Of a DNA stretch of 64,000 nt, positions 47,199-57,240 are shown piece by piece. The notes under the pieces are model-generated. The model did no database searches and was not told the DNA's origin. It saw only the letters and a program-made list of their open reading frames with translations. The stretch's first letter is position 1; each line of letters opens with the position of its first letter. Source of the stretch: Deltaproteobacteria bacterium. GTDB lineage: Bacteria; Myxococcota; Kuafuiibacteriia; Kuafuiibacteriales; Kuafuiibacteriaceae. The translations under genes were made by a program, and so were the position numbers. The stretch covers positions 1 through 64,000 of the forward strand of contig JAVJQW010000043.1 in the NCBI GenBank assembly GCA_040218735.1, read 5' to 3'.

Positions 47199-48446
47199 GT
47201 GCTCGCGATTCTCGGCGGCGAAAAGGTTCGTACGGCCCCGTGGCCGACGTGGCCGGAGCGGGGTGAGCCCGAGGAGCGCGCGGTCCTCGAGGTCCTCCGT
47301 CGCGGTCAGTGGGGCGGCTACCCGGCGCCCGGCGTGGCCGCCAAGAAGTTCGGCGCCGCCTTCGCCGAGTACATCGGCGCGAAGCACACCGTGCTCGCAG
47401 CGAACGGGACCGTCACGCTCAAGATCGCGCTGCGCGCGCTCGGGGTGGGCGCGGGCGACGAGGTCATCGTCCCGGCCCTGACGTGGGTCGCGACGGCGGG
47501 CGCGGCCGCGTACGTGAACGCGGTGCCGGTGTTCGTGGATGTCGACGAGGCTTCGCTGTGCATCGACCCTGCGGCGATCGAGGCCGCCATCACCGACAAG
47601 ACCCGGGCGATCATTCCGGTGCACCTCGGCTCCGCGATGGCGGACATGGATGCGATCATGGACATCGCGAAGCGGCACGAGCTCGCGGTCATCGAGGACT
47701 GCGCGCACGCCCACGGCGCGAAGTGGAACGGGCGCGGCGCCGGGAGCATCGGTGACGTCGGGAGCTTCTCGTTTCAGTCGTCGAAGCTGCTCACCGCGGG
47801 AGAGGGGGGTGCGATCACCACCTCGAACGACGAGCTCGCCCAGCGCTGTCAGGCGCTCGTGAACTGCGGGCGCAAGGAGCCGGGCTACGATGGGTTCGAG
47901 GGTGCGGTCTTCGGCTGGAACGATCGCATCACGGAGCTGCAAGCCAGCTTGCTCTCCGCGCAACTCACCCGTTTGGACGGACAACACGAGCGCCGCAAGA
48001 AGAACGTCGCTCGCCTCGTCGCCGCGCTCGAGTCACGACCCGAGCTCGGACTCACCGTCCAGCGGCGGGACGAACGTATCACGCGCAAGACCGCGTATGA
48101 GTTGGTGTTGCTCTACGACAGCGAGGCGTACGGCGGCGTTCCGCGCGATAAGTTCGTGGAGGCGCTCACGGCGGAAGGTGTGCCCGCGGACGGTGACTTC
48201 TACGTCCCCATCCAGGACCGCATCGAAGAGATCTTCCCCCTGCGGGCATCGGAGTACCCGACCATTGCGCCGCGCTACGGCGCCGAGCTGAAGCCGGAGC
48301 ACGCGCCGTGTCCGGTGGCGACCCGCGCCGCGTACGAGCGCACCGTGTGGCTGCATCATTCACTGTTCCTCGGCGACCCGTCGGACGTCGACGACATCAT
48401 CGAGGCCATCGGCAAGATCCACGGAGCGGCGGATGCCCTCTCGTGA
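47199..48446 (+). CDS. DegT/DnrJ/EryC1/StrS PLP aminotransferase (AHBA-synthase/kanosamine-type)
   Basis: NGT, GDEVIVP..TWVAT, IEDCAHAHG, SFQSSKLLTAGEGG. Confidence 0.93.
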   Translation: MLAILGGEKVRTAPWPTWPERGEPEERAVLEVLRRGQWGGYPAPGVAAKKFGAAFAEYIGAKHTVLAANGTVTLKIALRALGVGAGDEVIVPALTWVATAGAAAYVNAVPVFVDVDEASLCIDPAAIEAAITDKTRAIIPVHLGSAMADMDAIMDIAKRHELAVIEDCAHAHGAKWNGRGAGSIGDVGSFSFQSSKLLTAGEGGAITTSNDELAQRCQALVNCGRKEPGYDGFEGAVFGWNDRITELQASLLSAQLTRLDGQHERRKKNVARLVAALESRPELGLTVQRRDERITRKTAYELVLLYDSEAYGGVPRDKFVEALTAEGVPADGDFYVPIQDRIEEIFPLRASEYPTIAPRYGAELKPEHAPCPVATRAAYERTVWLHHSLFLGDPSDVDDIIEAIGKIHGAADALS

Positions 48447-49518
48447 CCCGGTTCGCTTCGGACTGATTGGGTCCGGATGGATCACCGAGCAGCACCTCGC
48501 GGCGTTCGCGCGAATCGACGAGGCCGAGGTCGTGGCGATCGCGGACGTACCGCGCGAGCGCGATCGACCGGGGCGCGGGGAGGCGCTCGCCGAGAAGAAC
48601 GGCGTCGACTACTTCGCCGACTACCGGCGGATGCTCGAGCACGAGGCGGTCGAGGCCGTGACCGTCGCGCTCCCGAACTCACTGCACGCGTCCGTCACGA
48701 TGGAGGCGCTCGCGGCGGACAAACACGTCGTGGTCGAGAAGCCGCTGTGTTTCACGTTGGAGGAGGCGGACGCCATCCTCGCCGCCGCGGCGGCGAAGGA
48801 CCTCGTCGTCGGGTACGCCGAGGAGCTCTGCTATTGCCCGAAGCTCGTCCGCGCGAAGGCGCTCGTACAGAGCGGAGCGATCGGCCGGATGTTCTGGCTC
48901 GACCAGCGCGAGATCCACGGCGGGCCCTACAGCGACTGGTTCTTCACGCCGGAGCTCGCGGGGGGCGGGGCGTTGATGGACATGGGCTGTCACGCGATCG
49001 CCTACGCGCTGTGGATGTTCGACAACGCTGAAGTGAAGAGCGTGACCGCGCACGTGGATCGACTGCGCCATCGCGCGCCGCTCGACGATCACGTGGAGCT
49101 CCGCATCGAGTTCGAAGGTGACCGCTTCGCCCGGCTCCTCGCAGGGTGGACGCTCCCCGGCGGAATGAGCTCCGCGGCGCGGCTCGTGGGTACGGAGGGC
49201 GTCGTGGATGTGGACCTCCTGGAGTCGAATGGGTTGTCGATGTTCTCGGAGCACGGCGCTCAGGATCACCCGGCGGGGTGGTCGCGGCCGGACTTCGAGT
49301 GGCTGTGGCAGAACGGCTACCCGCAGGAGATGGCGGACTTCGCGCGGGCGATACGCGACGGGACGAAGCCGCTGATGAGCGCCGAGGACGGTCGTCGGTC
49401 ACTCGAGATCATGTGGGCTGCGTACGTGTCGGCGGCCGAGCGGCGCACGGTGACGTTCCCGTTCACGCCGCCCGCCAACGCGCCATATCCCGCGGCGCCG
49501 TGGTTGGAGTCGCGATGA
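48433..49518 (+). CDS. Gfo/Idh/MocA family NAD(P) oxidoreductase
   Basis: GLIGSG, HVVVEKP, GGGALMDMGCH. Confidence 0.93.
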   Translation: MPSRDPVRFGLIGSGWITEQHLAAFARIDEAEVVAIADVPRERDRPGRGEALAEKNGVDYFADYRRMLEHEAVEAVTVALPNSLHASVTMEALAADKHVVVEKPLCFTLEEADAILAAAAAKDLVVGYAEELCYCPKLVRAKALVQSGAIGRMFWLDQREIHGGPYSDWFFTPELAGGGALMDMGCHAIAYALWMFDNAEVKSVTAHVDRLRHRAPLDDHVELRIEFEGDRFARLLAGWTLPGGMSSAARLVGTEGVVDVDLLESNGLSMFSEHGAQDHPAGWSRPDFEWLWQNGYPQEMADFARAIRDGTKPLMSAEDGRRSLEIMWAAYVSAAERRTVTFPFTPPANAPYPAAPWLESR

Positions 49519-50522
49519 AGCGTCACTTCCTCGGCGTCGACGGCGGAGGCACCAAGACGGTCGCCGTCATCTGCGACGAACGCGGTCACGTCGTGGGCGC
49601 GGGTCGTGCGGGCGGATGTAACTACCAGTCGATCGGAGAGCGCGCGGCGTCGAGTGAGTTGCGCGCCGCGGTCGAGTCCGCGCTCGGATCGGCGGGGTTG
49701 AAGATCGACGACATCGATTCGGCCGCGCTCGGCGTGGCCGGGGCGGACCGCGAAGAAGAGATGGCGATCGTCGAGAAGATGGTCGGCGGCGTCGTCCCGG
49801 TCGAGCGGGTGTTCGTGGAGAACGACGCGTTGCTCGTGCTGCGCGCGGCGACGCGCGACGCCGTTGGGGTGGGGCTCGTCGCGGGCACGGGAACCAACTG
49901 CGTCGGGCGTGATCGCTACGGGCGGCGTCATCAGATCGGCGGGATGGGTTACGTCTCCGGGGATGTCGGCTTCGCGGAGGACCTCGCGATGCGCGCGGTC
50001 GGTGGAGCGTGGATGGCGACCGACGGGCGAACGGGGCCTTCGACGTTGTCCTCCGCGATCGTCGAGACCCTCGGGCTGTCGCGCATCGAGGACACCCATC
50101 AGAAGCTCGTGCGCGGCGTCTTCCCGGAGTCACTGGTGCGGAAGATCGTGGCTTGTCTGTTCGCGCAGGCGCGCGCGAAGGACGGGCTCGCGCTGCGGAT
50201 CATCGAGGACACCGGGCGGCGCCTCGGCGCCGCTGCGGCAGCGTTGATGCGTACGCTCGTGCTGCGGGGCCCGAACGCCGTGGTCGTGCTCGGCGGCGCG
50301 ATGTTCCAGACGCCCGGGCACGAGGCGCTCGTCGAGGCCGCGGAGCGGCGCATCCGGGACACGGTCAACGAGGCGCACGTCGTGCTGCTCACGGTGAAGC
50401 CGGTGGTGGGTGCAGTGTTGTTCGCGCGGGACCTCGTGAACCACGCGCCGCTCGACTTTGCCACGACGCTCCGGAGTGAGGACGAGCGGATCGAAGCGTT
50501 GTGCCAAGGGGTGAGCGCGTGA
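49515..50522 (+). CDS. BadF/BadG/BcrA/BcrD family sugar kinase (GlcNAc-kinase-like)
   Basis: LGVDGGGTKT, GVAGAD, VENDA, AGTGTN, GGMGY..GD.G; ATGA overlap. Confidence 0.9.
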   Translation: MKRHFLGVDGGGTKTVAVICDERGHVVGAGRAGGCNYQSIGERAASSELRAAVESALGSAGLKIDDIDSAALGVAGADREEEMAIVEKMVGGVVPVERVFVENDALLVLRAATRDAVGVGLVAGTGTNCVGRDRYGRRHQIGGMGYVSGDVGFAEDLAMRAVGGAWMATDGRTGPSTLSSAIVETLGLSRIEDTHQKLVRGVFPESLVRKIVACLFAQARAKDGLALRIIEDTGRRLGAAAAALMRTLVLRGPNAVVVLGGAMFQTPGHEALVEAAERRIRDTVNEAHVVLLTVKPVVGAVLFARDLVNHAPLDFATTLRSEDERIEALCQGVSA

Positions 50523-51781
50523 AACCCAAGGCGCGCGATGGGTTGATCACCGCCGACCACACGCGTCGCGGGCGGCGTATCGTCACCGTGCTGGATCCCG
50601 AAACCCACCGCGTGACCGTTCTCGAACCTTGGGAGCACGCGGTGCTCGTCCTGTGCGACGGAACGCGGACGGCGGAGCAGGTCGCGGTGCTGATGCCCGA
50701 CGACGACGAAGTTACCGTCGACGCCGCCGCGGTGCGTTTGTGTTTCGAGTTGTTCCAGCGCGAGCAGGTCACGACGAGCGCGGCGCCGCGCCCACGTTCG
50801 GCGGGGCCTCGGACCCTCGCGAACCTGCAGCTCGCGTACGCGGAGTGGCACAAGGACCCCGTACGCACGAAGCAGATCCTCCTCGGGGAGGTCGAGCCGT
50901 TCCCGGCGCAGCCCGACGCGCTGTCGCCCGGTTTGTCGCCCACGGTCGCGCTGCCGGACGAGGAGCCCGCGCACCGCGTCGGGAGTGTGTTGGTCGCCGC
51001 GGACATCTCTTCGATGCCGACGGGCGCCGCGACGCCGATCGATCCCAGCGCGACCGACGAGATGGACGGCGCGCCGCCGAGCGCCCTGTACGAGCCGTTG
51101 CCGTCGAAGGACGCGCCGGAAGAGGACCTGGACCGTACCCACGATGCGGACCTCGTGCCGCCGCTGGAGCTCGAGGACGAACCCACCTTCGGTTACGCCA
51201 AACGTCCGGCCGATGAGGCGGCCTCGACGCTCTCCGAGCAGAACCAGCCCTCGCGTCCACGACGCGAGCGGGGCTCTCTCCCGGTCGCGCCGATGGATCC
51301 GGAGGACACCGAGGACATCACGTCGATGCCCAACAGCGCGGCTGCGGTGTTCGCTCGTCTTCGGCGCGCGGGGGTGGTCGCGCGGTCGACGCGTGAGTGG
51401 AAGGACCCGCGCGGCGAGGGGCGGCGTAAGAATCGCGCGTCCACGCAGGTGTTCGAGACCGGGCTCGAGCTGCTCGCGGCCGGGGATCTTCAGTTCGCGT
51501 TGGAGCACTTCCAGACGCTCCTCGAGCACATGCCCGGGTCGAGCCGCGTGTCGGCGTTCGTCCGGGCGATCGAAGCGGTGCGTCGGCAGCCTGCGTTCGA
51601 CACGGCGCCGATGGCGACGCCGGAGGAGGTCGCGCGCGCGCGCGCGATGTTGGATTCGTTCGAAGGTGCGATCGCGGAGGCCGTGCAGCGCGGTCAGTGC
51701 CCGAGTTGTTTTGCGGGCGTTTCGCCGGGTGACGAGGACTGTCCGCGTTGTGGGTTCGTGCTTCGGTCGGAGGAGTTTTGA
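50519..51781 (+). CDS. Hypothetical protein: PqqD-like N-terminus, acidic linker, helical region, C-terminal double zinc ribbon
   Basis: VLDPET..LEPWEHAVLVLCDGTRT; CPSC..CPRCG; GTGA overlap. Confidence 0.68.
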   Translation: MKPKARDGLITADHTRRGRRIVTVLDPETHRVTVLEPWEHAVLVLCDGTRTAEQVAVLMPDDDEVTVDAAAVRLCFELFQREQVTTSAAPRPRSAGPRTLANLQLAYAEWHKDPVRTKQILLGEVEPFPAQPDALSPGLSPTVALPDEEPAHRVGSVLVAADISSMPTGAATPIDPSATDEMDGAPPSALYEPLPSKDAPEEDLDRTHDADLVPPLELEDEPTFGYAKRPADEAASTLSEQNQPSRPRRERGSLPVAPMDPEDTEDITSMPNSAAAVFARLRRAGVVARSTREWKDPRGEGRRKNRASTQVFETGLELLAAGDLQFALEHFQTLLEHMPGSSRVSAFVRAIEAVRRQPAFDTAPMATPEEVARARAMLDSFEGAIAEAVQRGQCPSCFAGVSPGDEDCPRCGFVLRSEEF

Positions 51782-52884
51782 AGGCGGCGCTCGTCGCGCT
51801 GCTGTTGCTCGCGACGCCGGAAGGTAGCGAAGCGGAGCGACGCTCGATGGCGCTCCTCGCCGCGGGAGACAAGGCCTTCGACAACCTCGAGTACGAGGAG
51901 GCCGCGAAGCGGTACTTGGAGGCGTACCGTCTGCTAGAGGCGGCGGGGGAGCGGAACCGCGCTCCGTTCCTCTACAACGCGGGCCTCGCCTACGAGCAGC
52001 TCGGTTCCTGTGAGAAGGCGGTCGTCCTGTTCGACCGCTACCTCGAGACCGAGCAGATGAGTGTGACGCGGGAGATCGCGGGGACGATCGACCGAGCGCG
52101 CCGATGCGCGCCGACGATCCGGATTCAGACGAACCCACCCGGTGCGTCCGTACTCATCGACGGCGTCTCCGTCGGAGCGTCGCCGCTCTCGGTTCCGGTG
52201 CGCGCCGGAGAGCACGTGCTTCGGTTCGAGATGGATGGGTATCGTTCGCTCGAGACCGCGCTGAACGTCGAAGAGGGGAGACCGCGCGCGGTGGTGGAGT
52301 CGTTGGCCGGGCGCGCGAAGTTGGGGCGCATCGACTTGGTCGTGCGGGATATCTCCGAGGTTTCCATCGACGACGAAGTCATCGGGAGAGGGCCGTTCGA
52401 GCGCCAGGTGAAGATCGCGCACGGCAAACACGACGTCCGTTTGAATCGACTGGGCTGTGAGCTCCGGGAGCTGGAGCTGAACGTCCCGCCGGGAGGTTCG
52501 GTCGAGGCCGCGTTCTCACCGGACTGCGTGGCGGTCCCCGCGCAGGAGCCTCCGCACGGCCCCTACGTCCGCGGGCGAGGCGGCTCGAACGCGCCCGCGT
52601 GGATCAGCGGAGGCATCGGTGTCGCCGCGCTCGCGGTGAGCGGCGTCTTCGTAGGTTTGTCGATCGACGGCCGCAACGCGGTGGACGCCGAGCTCGCGAA
52701 GCCCGACGACGTGCGCGTCGGCGCCGAGGTGCGCCGGCTCAACGACGACGTGGGACGTAACAACGTCGTCGCGGTCTCCGCGGGCGTCGCGGGGTTGGCG
52801 GCGTTGAGTTTGGCGGTGGTGCTCTGGGTGACTTCGCCCGAGCCGCTGGAGGCCACGGTCGCAGGCCCGACGGCGCGATTCTAG
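51778..52884 (+). CDS. TPR + PEGA domain protein with C-terminal TM helices
   Basis: FLYNAGLAYEQLG; IQTNPPGASVLIDG..G.SP..V.AGEH; TTGA overlap. Confidence 0.85.
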   Translation: MKAALVALLLLATPEGSEAERRSMALLAAGDKAFDNLEYEEAAKRYLEAYRLLEAAGERNRAPFLYNAGLAYEQLGSCEKAVVLFDRYLETEQMSVTREIAGTIDRARRCAPTIRIQTNPPGASVLIDGVSVGASPLSVPVRAGEHVLRFEMDGYRSLETALNVEEGRPRAVVESLAGRAKLGRIDLVVRDISEVSIDDEVIGRGPFERQVKIAHGKHDVRLNRLGCELRELELNVPPGGSVEAAFSPDCVAVPAQEPPHGPYVRGRGGSNAPAWISGGIGVAALAVSGVFVGLSIDGRNAVDAELAKPDDVRVGAEVRRLNDDVGRNNVVAVSAGVAGLAALSLAVVLWVTSPEPLEATVAGPTARF

Positions 52885-52937
52885 GAGGCGGCGGGGCATC
52901 GCGTGAGGTTCGAGGCCTTCGACGCATAGAGCCTCGT

Positions 52938-54533
52938 ATGAACAACGTTGAACGGTTTACCGCCGCGTGCCTCGCGCTGCTCGTGCCCGCGAGCGCATTC
53001 GCCGCCAAGGAAGACTTCCACGACGTGGCGGAGATGGAGGCGGCCGTCGACGTGCTCGACGGCGGCGCGGGAGGCATGCTCCGCGTCTTCACGATCGGGA
53101 CGACGCCCCTCGGCCACGACATTCGCGCCGTCCTCCTCAGCGAGGACCGCCCCAGCGGGCACGACGCCGCGGGCAACGCGGACCGGCCCGCGCTGTTGAT
53201 CGAGTGCGGAACCCACGCGCGGGAGTGGGCGTCGCCCGAGATGTGCCTCCACCTGCTGCAGAGCATCTCGTTCGCGTACTTCCTCGACGCGCTGCTCGGG
53301 ACGACGGTGGTCGAGGACATCGCAGCGGAGGCGGACATCTGGATCATCCCGATGGTGAATCCGGACGGGCGCCAGTACGACGACGCGACGGGCGGAGACC
53401 CGGAGGTGTACTGGACGTCGACGATCTGGCACCCCGCGTCCAGCTCCGACAGCAACGGGTGGCGCACGAACGCTCAGACGTTGAGTTGTCCGGGTGGGTT
53501 GTTCGGTCTCGGGGTGGGAATCGATCTCAATCGCGCCTACTCCCAAGGGTGGTCCTCGGGCGATGGGAACTGTCTGAGTAACAAGTTTCACGGTGACTTC
53601 CCGTTCGAAGCGGTCGAGGCTCAGCACATGCGGAAGTTCGTGAACAACCGCATGATTTCGATGTCGATGTCGGTGCACAGCTATAGCCCGTGCGTCGGCG
53701 CTCAGAACGGGGACGCCGACGTCCCGCAGAACTTCCGCGACGTGTTCAACGGCATCGTCGTCGAACCGGAGGGGCAGCTCGACTACGCGGCCGGGACTTG
53801 CGAAGGCAAAGGCGTCGGTCAGTTCACCGGGTGGATGGCCAAACCCTCCGACACCGCCGGTGCAGCCGACCACAGCACGACTCGCGCGGCGGTGTCGATG
53901 CTCCTCGAGCTCCCGCCGGACGGCGCCGCCTACGACGACACCGCGAGCCCGTCGCCGTACCGCTTCGACCCGTTCGATGCGTCCAACCCCTTCCACCCGA
54001 GCGATACCGACTATGCGTCGGACGTCGCGCCCGCGTTCTACAACGCGATGCTCTACCTCATGAGACAGGCGCGCTCGCCGTGGTGTGCCATCGATCCGAG
54101 CACGCTCCTCCCGGACGCGAGCTGCGTGCAGGACTTCGGTCTCACGGGTGCGAAGATCGCGAACTGTCGCAACTGCGTCGGGCTCCTCGACAACGACGTT
54201 CGTGCCGGCGAGGTCGTCGAGGTCATGCCGGCGGGCGATCGGCGCGTCGTCTACCGCGTGCAGAACTTCGACGCGGTGACCGCTTCTCCCCAGACCGTCC
54301 GCGTGACTACAGTCATCAGCTCGCGCACCGCCTGGCCGAACCCGTACACGAACGACCTCGTGGAAGCGCGAACCTACGACCTCGATGCGCTCGAAGGTGC
54401 GACCGACGGCATCCCGTTCACGTTCATCGCGGGGCGTGAGTACATGATCGGAATCTACGCGTACCCGATGAGTTACTCGGGTGACACGGAGCCGGACAAC
54501 AACACGCAGCTGTTCCGCTTCGAGGTTCAGTGA
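52938..54533 (+). CDS. Secreted M14 zinc carboxypeptidase
   Basis: GTHAREW, PMVNPDG, WR.N, GIDLNR, SVHSYS; signal peptide. Confidence 0.9.
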   Translation: MNNVERFTAACLALLVPASAFAAKEDFHDVAEMEAAVDVLDGGAGGMLRVFTIGTTPLGHDIRAVLLSEDRPSGHDAAGNADRPALLIECGTHAREWASPEMCLHLLQSISFAYFLDALLGTTVVEDIAAEADIWIIPMVNPDGRQYDDATGGDPEVYWTSTIWHPASSSDSNGWRTNAQTLSCPGGLFGLGVGIDLNRAYSQGWSSGDGNCLSNKFHGDFPFEAVEAQHMRKFVNNRMISMSMSVHSYSPCVGAQNGDADVPQNFRDVFNGIVVEPEGQLDYAAGTCEGKGVGQFTGWMAKPSDTAGAADHSTTRAAVSMLLELPPDGAAYDDTASPSPYRFDPFDASNPFHPSDTDYASDVAPAFYNAMLYLMRQARSPWCAIDPSTLLPDASCVQDFGLTGAKIANCRNCVGLLDNDVRAGEVVEVMPAGDRRVVYRVQNFDAVTASPQTVRVTTVISSRTAWPNPYTNDLVEARTYDLDALEGATDGIPFTFIAGREYMIGIYAYPMSYSGDTEPDNNTQLFRFEVQ

Positions 54534-55564
54534 GAGGGGGTGGCGTAGAGCCGTCCACCGTCGAGCGCGACGTGGACGGTTCCGCCCCCGTGCACCGGCG
54601 TCGACCTCCCGACGTCCGCGCGCAGCGTGCCCGCCAACGTCTCGATTTCCAGCTCAGTGCGTTCGCCGAGGAACGTCGCGCGGGTGACGCGGCCTTCGAT
54701 ACCGCCGTCGGCGAGGCGCACGTCTTCGGGTCGTACGCCGAGCACGACGGACTGGGCGTCCGTCGCCGAGGTCACGGGGAGCTCGAAGCCCTGGACCCGC
54801 GCGCGGCCCTCACCGGTGCGCTCCACACCTTCGAGGATCGAGAGGCGCCCCACGAACTTCGCCACCGCGAGCGACGCCGGCTCCGCGTAGATCTCCCGCG
54901 GCGGCGCGACCTGCGCGATCACGCCGTCGAGGACGACCGCGACCCGGTCACTCACCGCGAACGCCTCCGGCTGGTCGTGCGTGACGTAGAGCGAGGTGAT
55001 CCCGACCTGCTTCGCGAGCACGCGGATCTCGTGGCGCATCTCTTCGCGCAGCTTCGCGTCGAGGTTGGACAGCGGCTCATCGAACAACAGGAGCTTCGGC
55101 TCCGCGACCAGCGCGCGCGCCAGCGCCACGCGCTGTTGCTGCCCTCCGGACAACGTGTCGGGGAAGCGGTCGCCCATGCCGCCCAGCCGCACCAGCTCCA
55201 GCGTTCGGTCCGCGCGCGCCCCGGCGTCGCCGTTCTTCGCCAGCTTCAGCGGGTACGCGACGTTGTCGCGGACGTTTTTGTGCGGCCACACTGCGTACGA
55301 CTGAAAGACCATCCCGATGCGGCGAGCCTCGGGCGGAAGATCGACGGCGTCGCTCTTCACGGTCTGGCCGGCGATCGTGATCGTCCCCGAGTCGGGTGTC
55401 TCGAGCCCCGCGACCATCCGCAGCGCCGTCGTCTTCCCGCAGCCCGAGGGGCCGAGCAGGGCGACGATCTCCCCCGCCTCCAGCGCGATCTCGAGACCGC
55501 GCACCACGTGGTTGTCGCCGAAGCGTTTGTGAATCGCTCGAAGCTCGAGCCCTGACTCGCTCAC
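54527..55564 (-). CDS. ABC transporter ATP-binding subunit (Fe3+/polyamine class, TOBE)
   Basis: GPSGCGKT, LSGGQQQRVALARA, FDEPLSNLD, VTHDQ. Confidence 0.95.
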   Translation of the reverse strand: MSESGLELRAIHKRFGDNHVVRGLEIALEAGEIVALLGPSGCGKTTALRMVAGLETPDSGTITIAGQTVKSDAVDLPPEARRIGMVFQSYAVWPHKNVRDNVAYPLKLAKNGDAGARADRTLELVRLGGMGDRFPDTLSGGQQQRVALARALVAEPKLLLFDEPLSNLDAKLREEMRHEIRVLAKQVGITSLYVTHDQPEAFAVSDRVAVVLDGVIAQVAPPREIYAEPASLAVAKFVGRLSILEGVERTGEGRARVQGFELPVTSATDAQSVVLGVRPEDVRLADGGIEGRVTRATFLGERTELEIETLAGTLRADVGRSTPVHGGGTVHVALDGGRLYATPSH

Positions 55565-57240
55565 GTCGTTCGTCTCCTCGAAAGTCGTCGCGACAGGAAG
55601 TCACCGACGAGCGCGATCCCCACCACCAACGTCGCCACCACACTCGCCGCCGGCGGGTCCGCGTAGCTCTGTAGCTCGAACAGCAGCGTCCCCGCGGTCT
55701 GCGTGTGCGCGCCGAACAGCAGCACACTCATCGTCAGCTCCGACAGGCACGGCAGCGCCACGACCACGAACGCCGCGAGCACCGCGGGGGACACCAGCGG
55801 CAGCAACACGTCGACCGTGCCGCGGAGCGGTCCTGCGCCGGACGTCCGCGCGGCCTCCTCCAACGAAGGGTGGATCTGATCGAGCGCCGCGCGCGCACCG
55901 CGCACACCGAACGCGAGGTACTTCACGCCGTACGCCACGATCAGCAATCCGAGCGTCCCCGGCAGGTAGAGCGCGAACGTCACGCGGTCCGCGACGATGA
56001 CGCGGTACTCCAGCGAGAACGCGAGCAGCAGCCCGATCGCCAATACGGTCCCCGGCACCGCGTAGGGCGCGGACGCGAGGAACGACACGACGGCGCCGGC
56101 GCGTCGTGTGACCTTCGCCATGCGCGCGACGACCAGGCCGAGCACCGCGACGAGCGCGCCGGTGAGGAGCGCCAACACGATCGAGTGCACGAACGCTCCG
56201 AGTGTCTCCTCGCGCGCGAGCACGTTGTTCCAGTGCACGAAGGACAGCGTCCCGGGCTCCGCGAACGACTTCGCCAGTGAGGTCCACGCGATCGTCGACA
56301 GCGGCAGGACGATTGCGGTCAGCGCGAACAACGCGAGCCCCGCGCGCACGAAGAACCTCAGCGGACCGAGGCGCACGAGGGAAGGGCGCGACGACTTACC
56401 CGAGACCTGCACCGTCGATCGCCGCTTCGCGAGCCAGCTCGACGCGGCCTGCGCGAGGCCCGACGTCGCGAGCAACACGATCGCCAACGCCGCGGCGCGC
56501 GCGAGCATGTCCTCGCCGCCGAGCGTCGTGTAGCGGAAGATGCGCGTGGTCAGGAAGTACACCGGCGGCGACGCCACGGACCCCAGCAGGTACGGCACGC
56601 CGAACGCGGCCGTCGCGAACACGAACACCAACCCCGCCGCCGCCGCCATCGAGGGGAGGACGAGGGGGATCGTCACGTCGATCAACACCCGCACCGGCCC
56701 GGCGCCCGCGGTGCGCGCCGCCTCCTCCAGCGCCGGGTCGGCGCGCGACAACGAAGCTCGCACGGCGAGCAACACAAACGGATAGGAGGCGGTGACGAGC
56801 ACCAGCACGATGCCGTCGAGCCCGTACAGATCGACCCATGGCGCGGATGCGATTCGATTCAGTAGACCGTTGCGCCCGTTGCCGAGTAGGGCCCACGCCA
56901 TCGCGAGTAGGTAGGGCGGAACGGCGAGCGGCAGCGTGAGCAACGCACCGGTCGCGCCGCGTGTGCGCTCGGAGACAAACGCGTCCGTGCGTTCGACGAC
57001 CCACGCGAGCGTCGCACCGAGCGGCACTGCGAGTCCCGTCACCCAGCCCGCGAGGACCAGCGTGTTGAACCACGCTTCGTGTGCGCCCGGCTCCGCGAGC
57101 TCGGCGAGCAAGGGCGCACCGCCGTCGGCGAGCGCGGTCCGCAGCACCGCGGCGAGCGGCCACACCGCGAACAGCAACAACGCCGCCGTCGCGCCGACGC
57201 CGATCGACACGTACGAAAGCGAAAGACGGCGGCGACTCAA
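55561..57240 (-). CDS. ABC transporter permease (FbpB-like, duplicated)
   Basis: Two LEEAAR..GA loops; TTG start in TTGA overlap. Confidence 0.92.
   Translation of the reverse strand: MSRRRLSLSYVSIGVGATAALLLFAVWPLAAVLRTALADGGAPLLAELAEPGAHEAWFNTLVLAGWVTGLAVPLGATLAWVVERTDAFVSERTRGATGALLTLPLAVPPYLLAMAWALLGNGRNGLLNRIASAPWVDLYGLDGIVLVLVTASYPFVLLAVRASLSRADPALEEAARTAGAGPVRVLIDVTIPLVLPSMAAAAGLVFVFATAAFGVPYLLGSVASPPVYFLTTRIFRYTTLGGEDMLARAAALAIVLLATSGLAQAASSWLAKRRSTVQVSGKSSRPSLVRLGPLRFFVRAGLALFALTAIVLPLSTIAWTSLAKSFAEPGTLSFVHWNNVLAREETLGAFVHSIVLALLTGALVAVLGLVVARMAKVTRRAGAVVSFLASAPYAVPGTVLAIGLLLAFSLEYRVIVADRVTFALYLPGTLGLLIVAYGVKYLAFGVRGARAALDQIHPSLEEAARTSGAGPLRGTVDVLLPLVSPAVLAAFVVVALPCLSELTMSVLLFGAHTQTAGTLLFELQSYADPPAASVVATLVVGIALVGDFLSRRLSRRRTT

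Noticed and set aside
47199-49518. Ansamycin/AHBA biosynthetic gene cluster
   Set aside because: No aminoDAHP synthase, aminoDHQ synthase/dehydratase or PKS in the window.
50519-51781. PqqD/RRE-like N-terminus as a sign of a RiPP cluster
   Set aside because: No precursor peptide, radical SAM, YcaO or lanthionine enzyme nearby; the similarity is only by eye.
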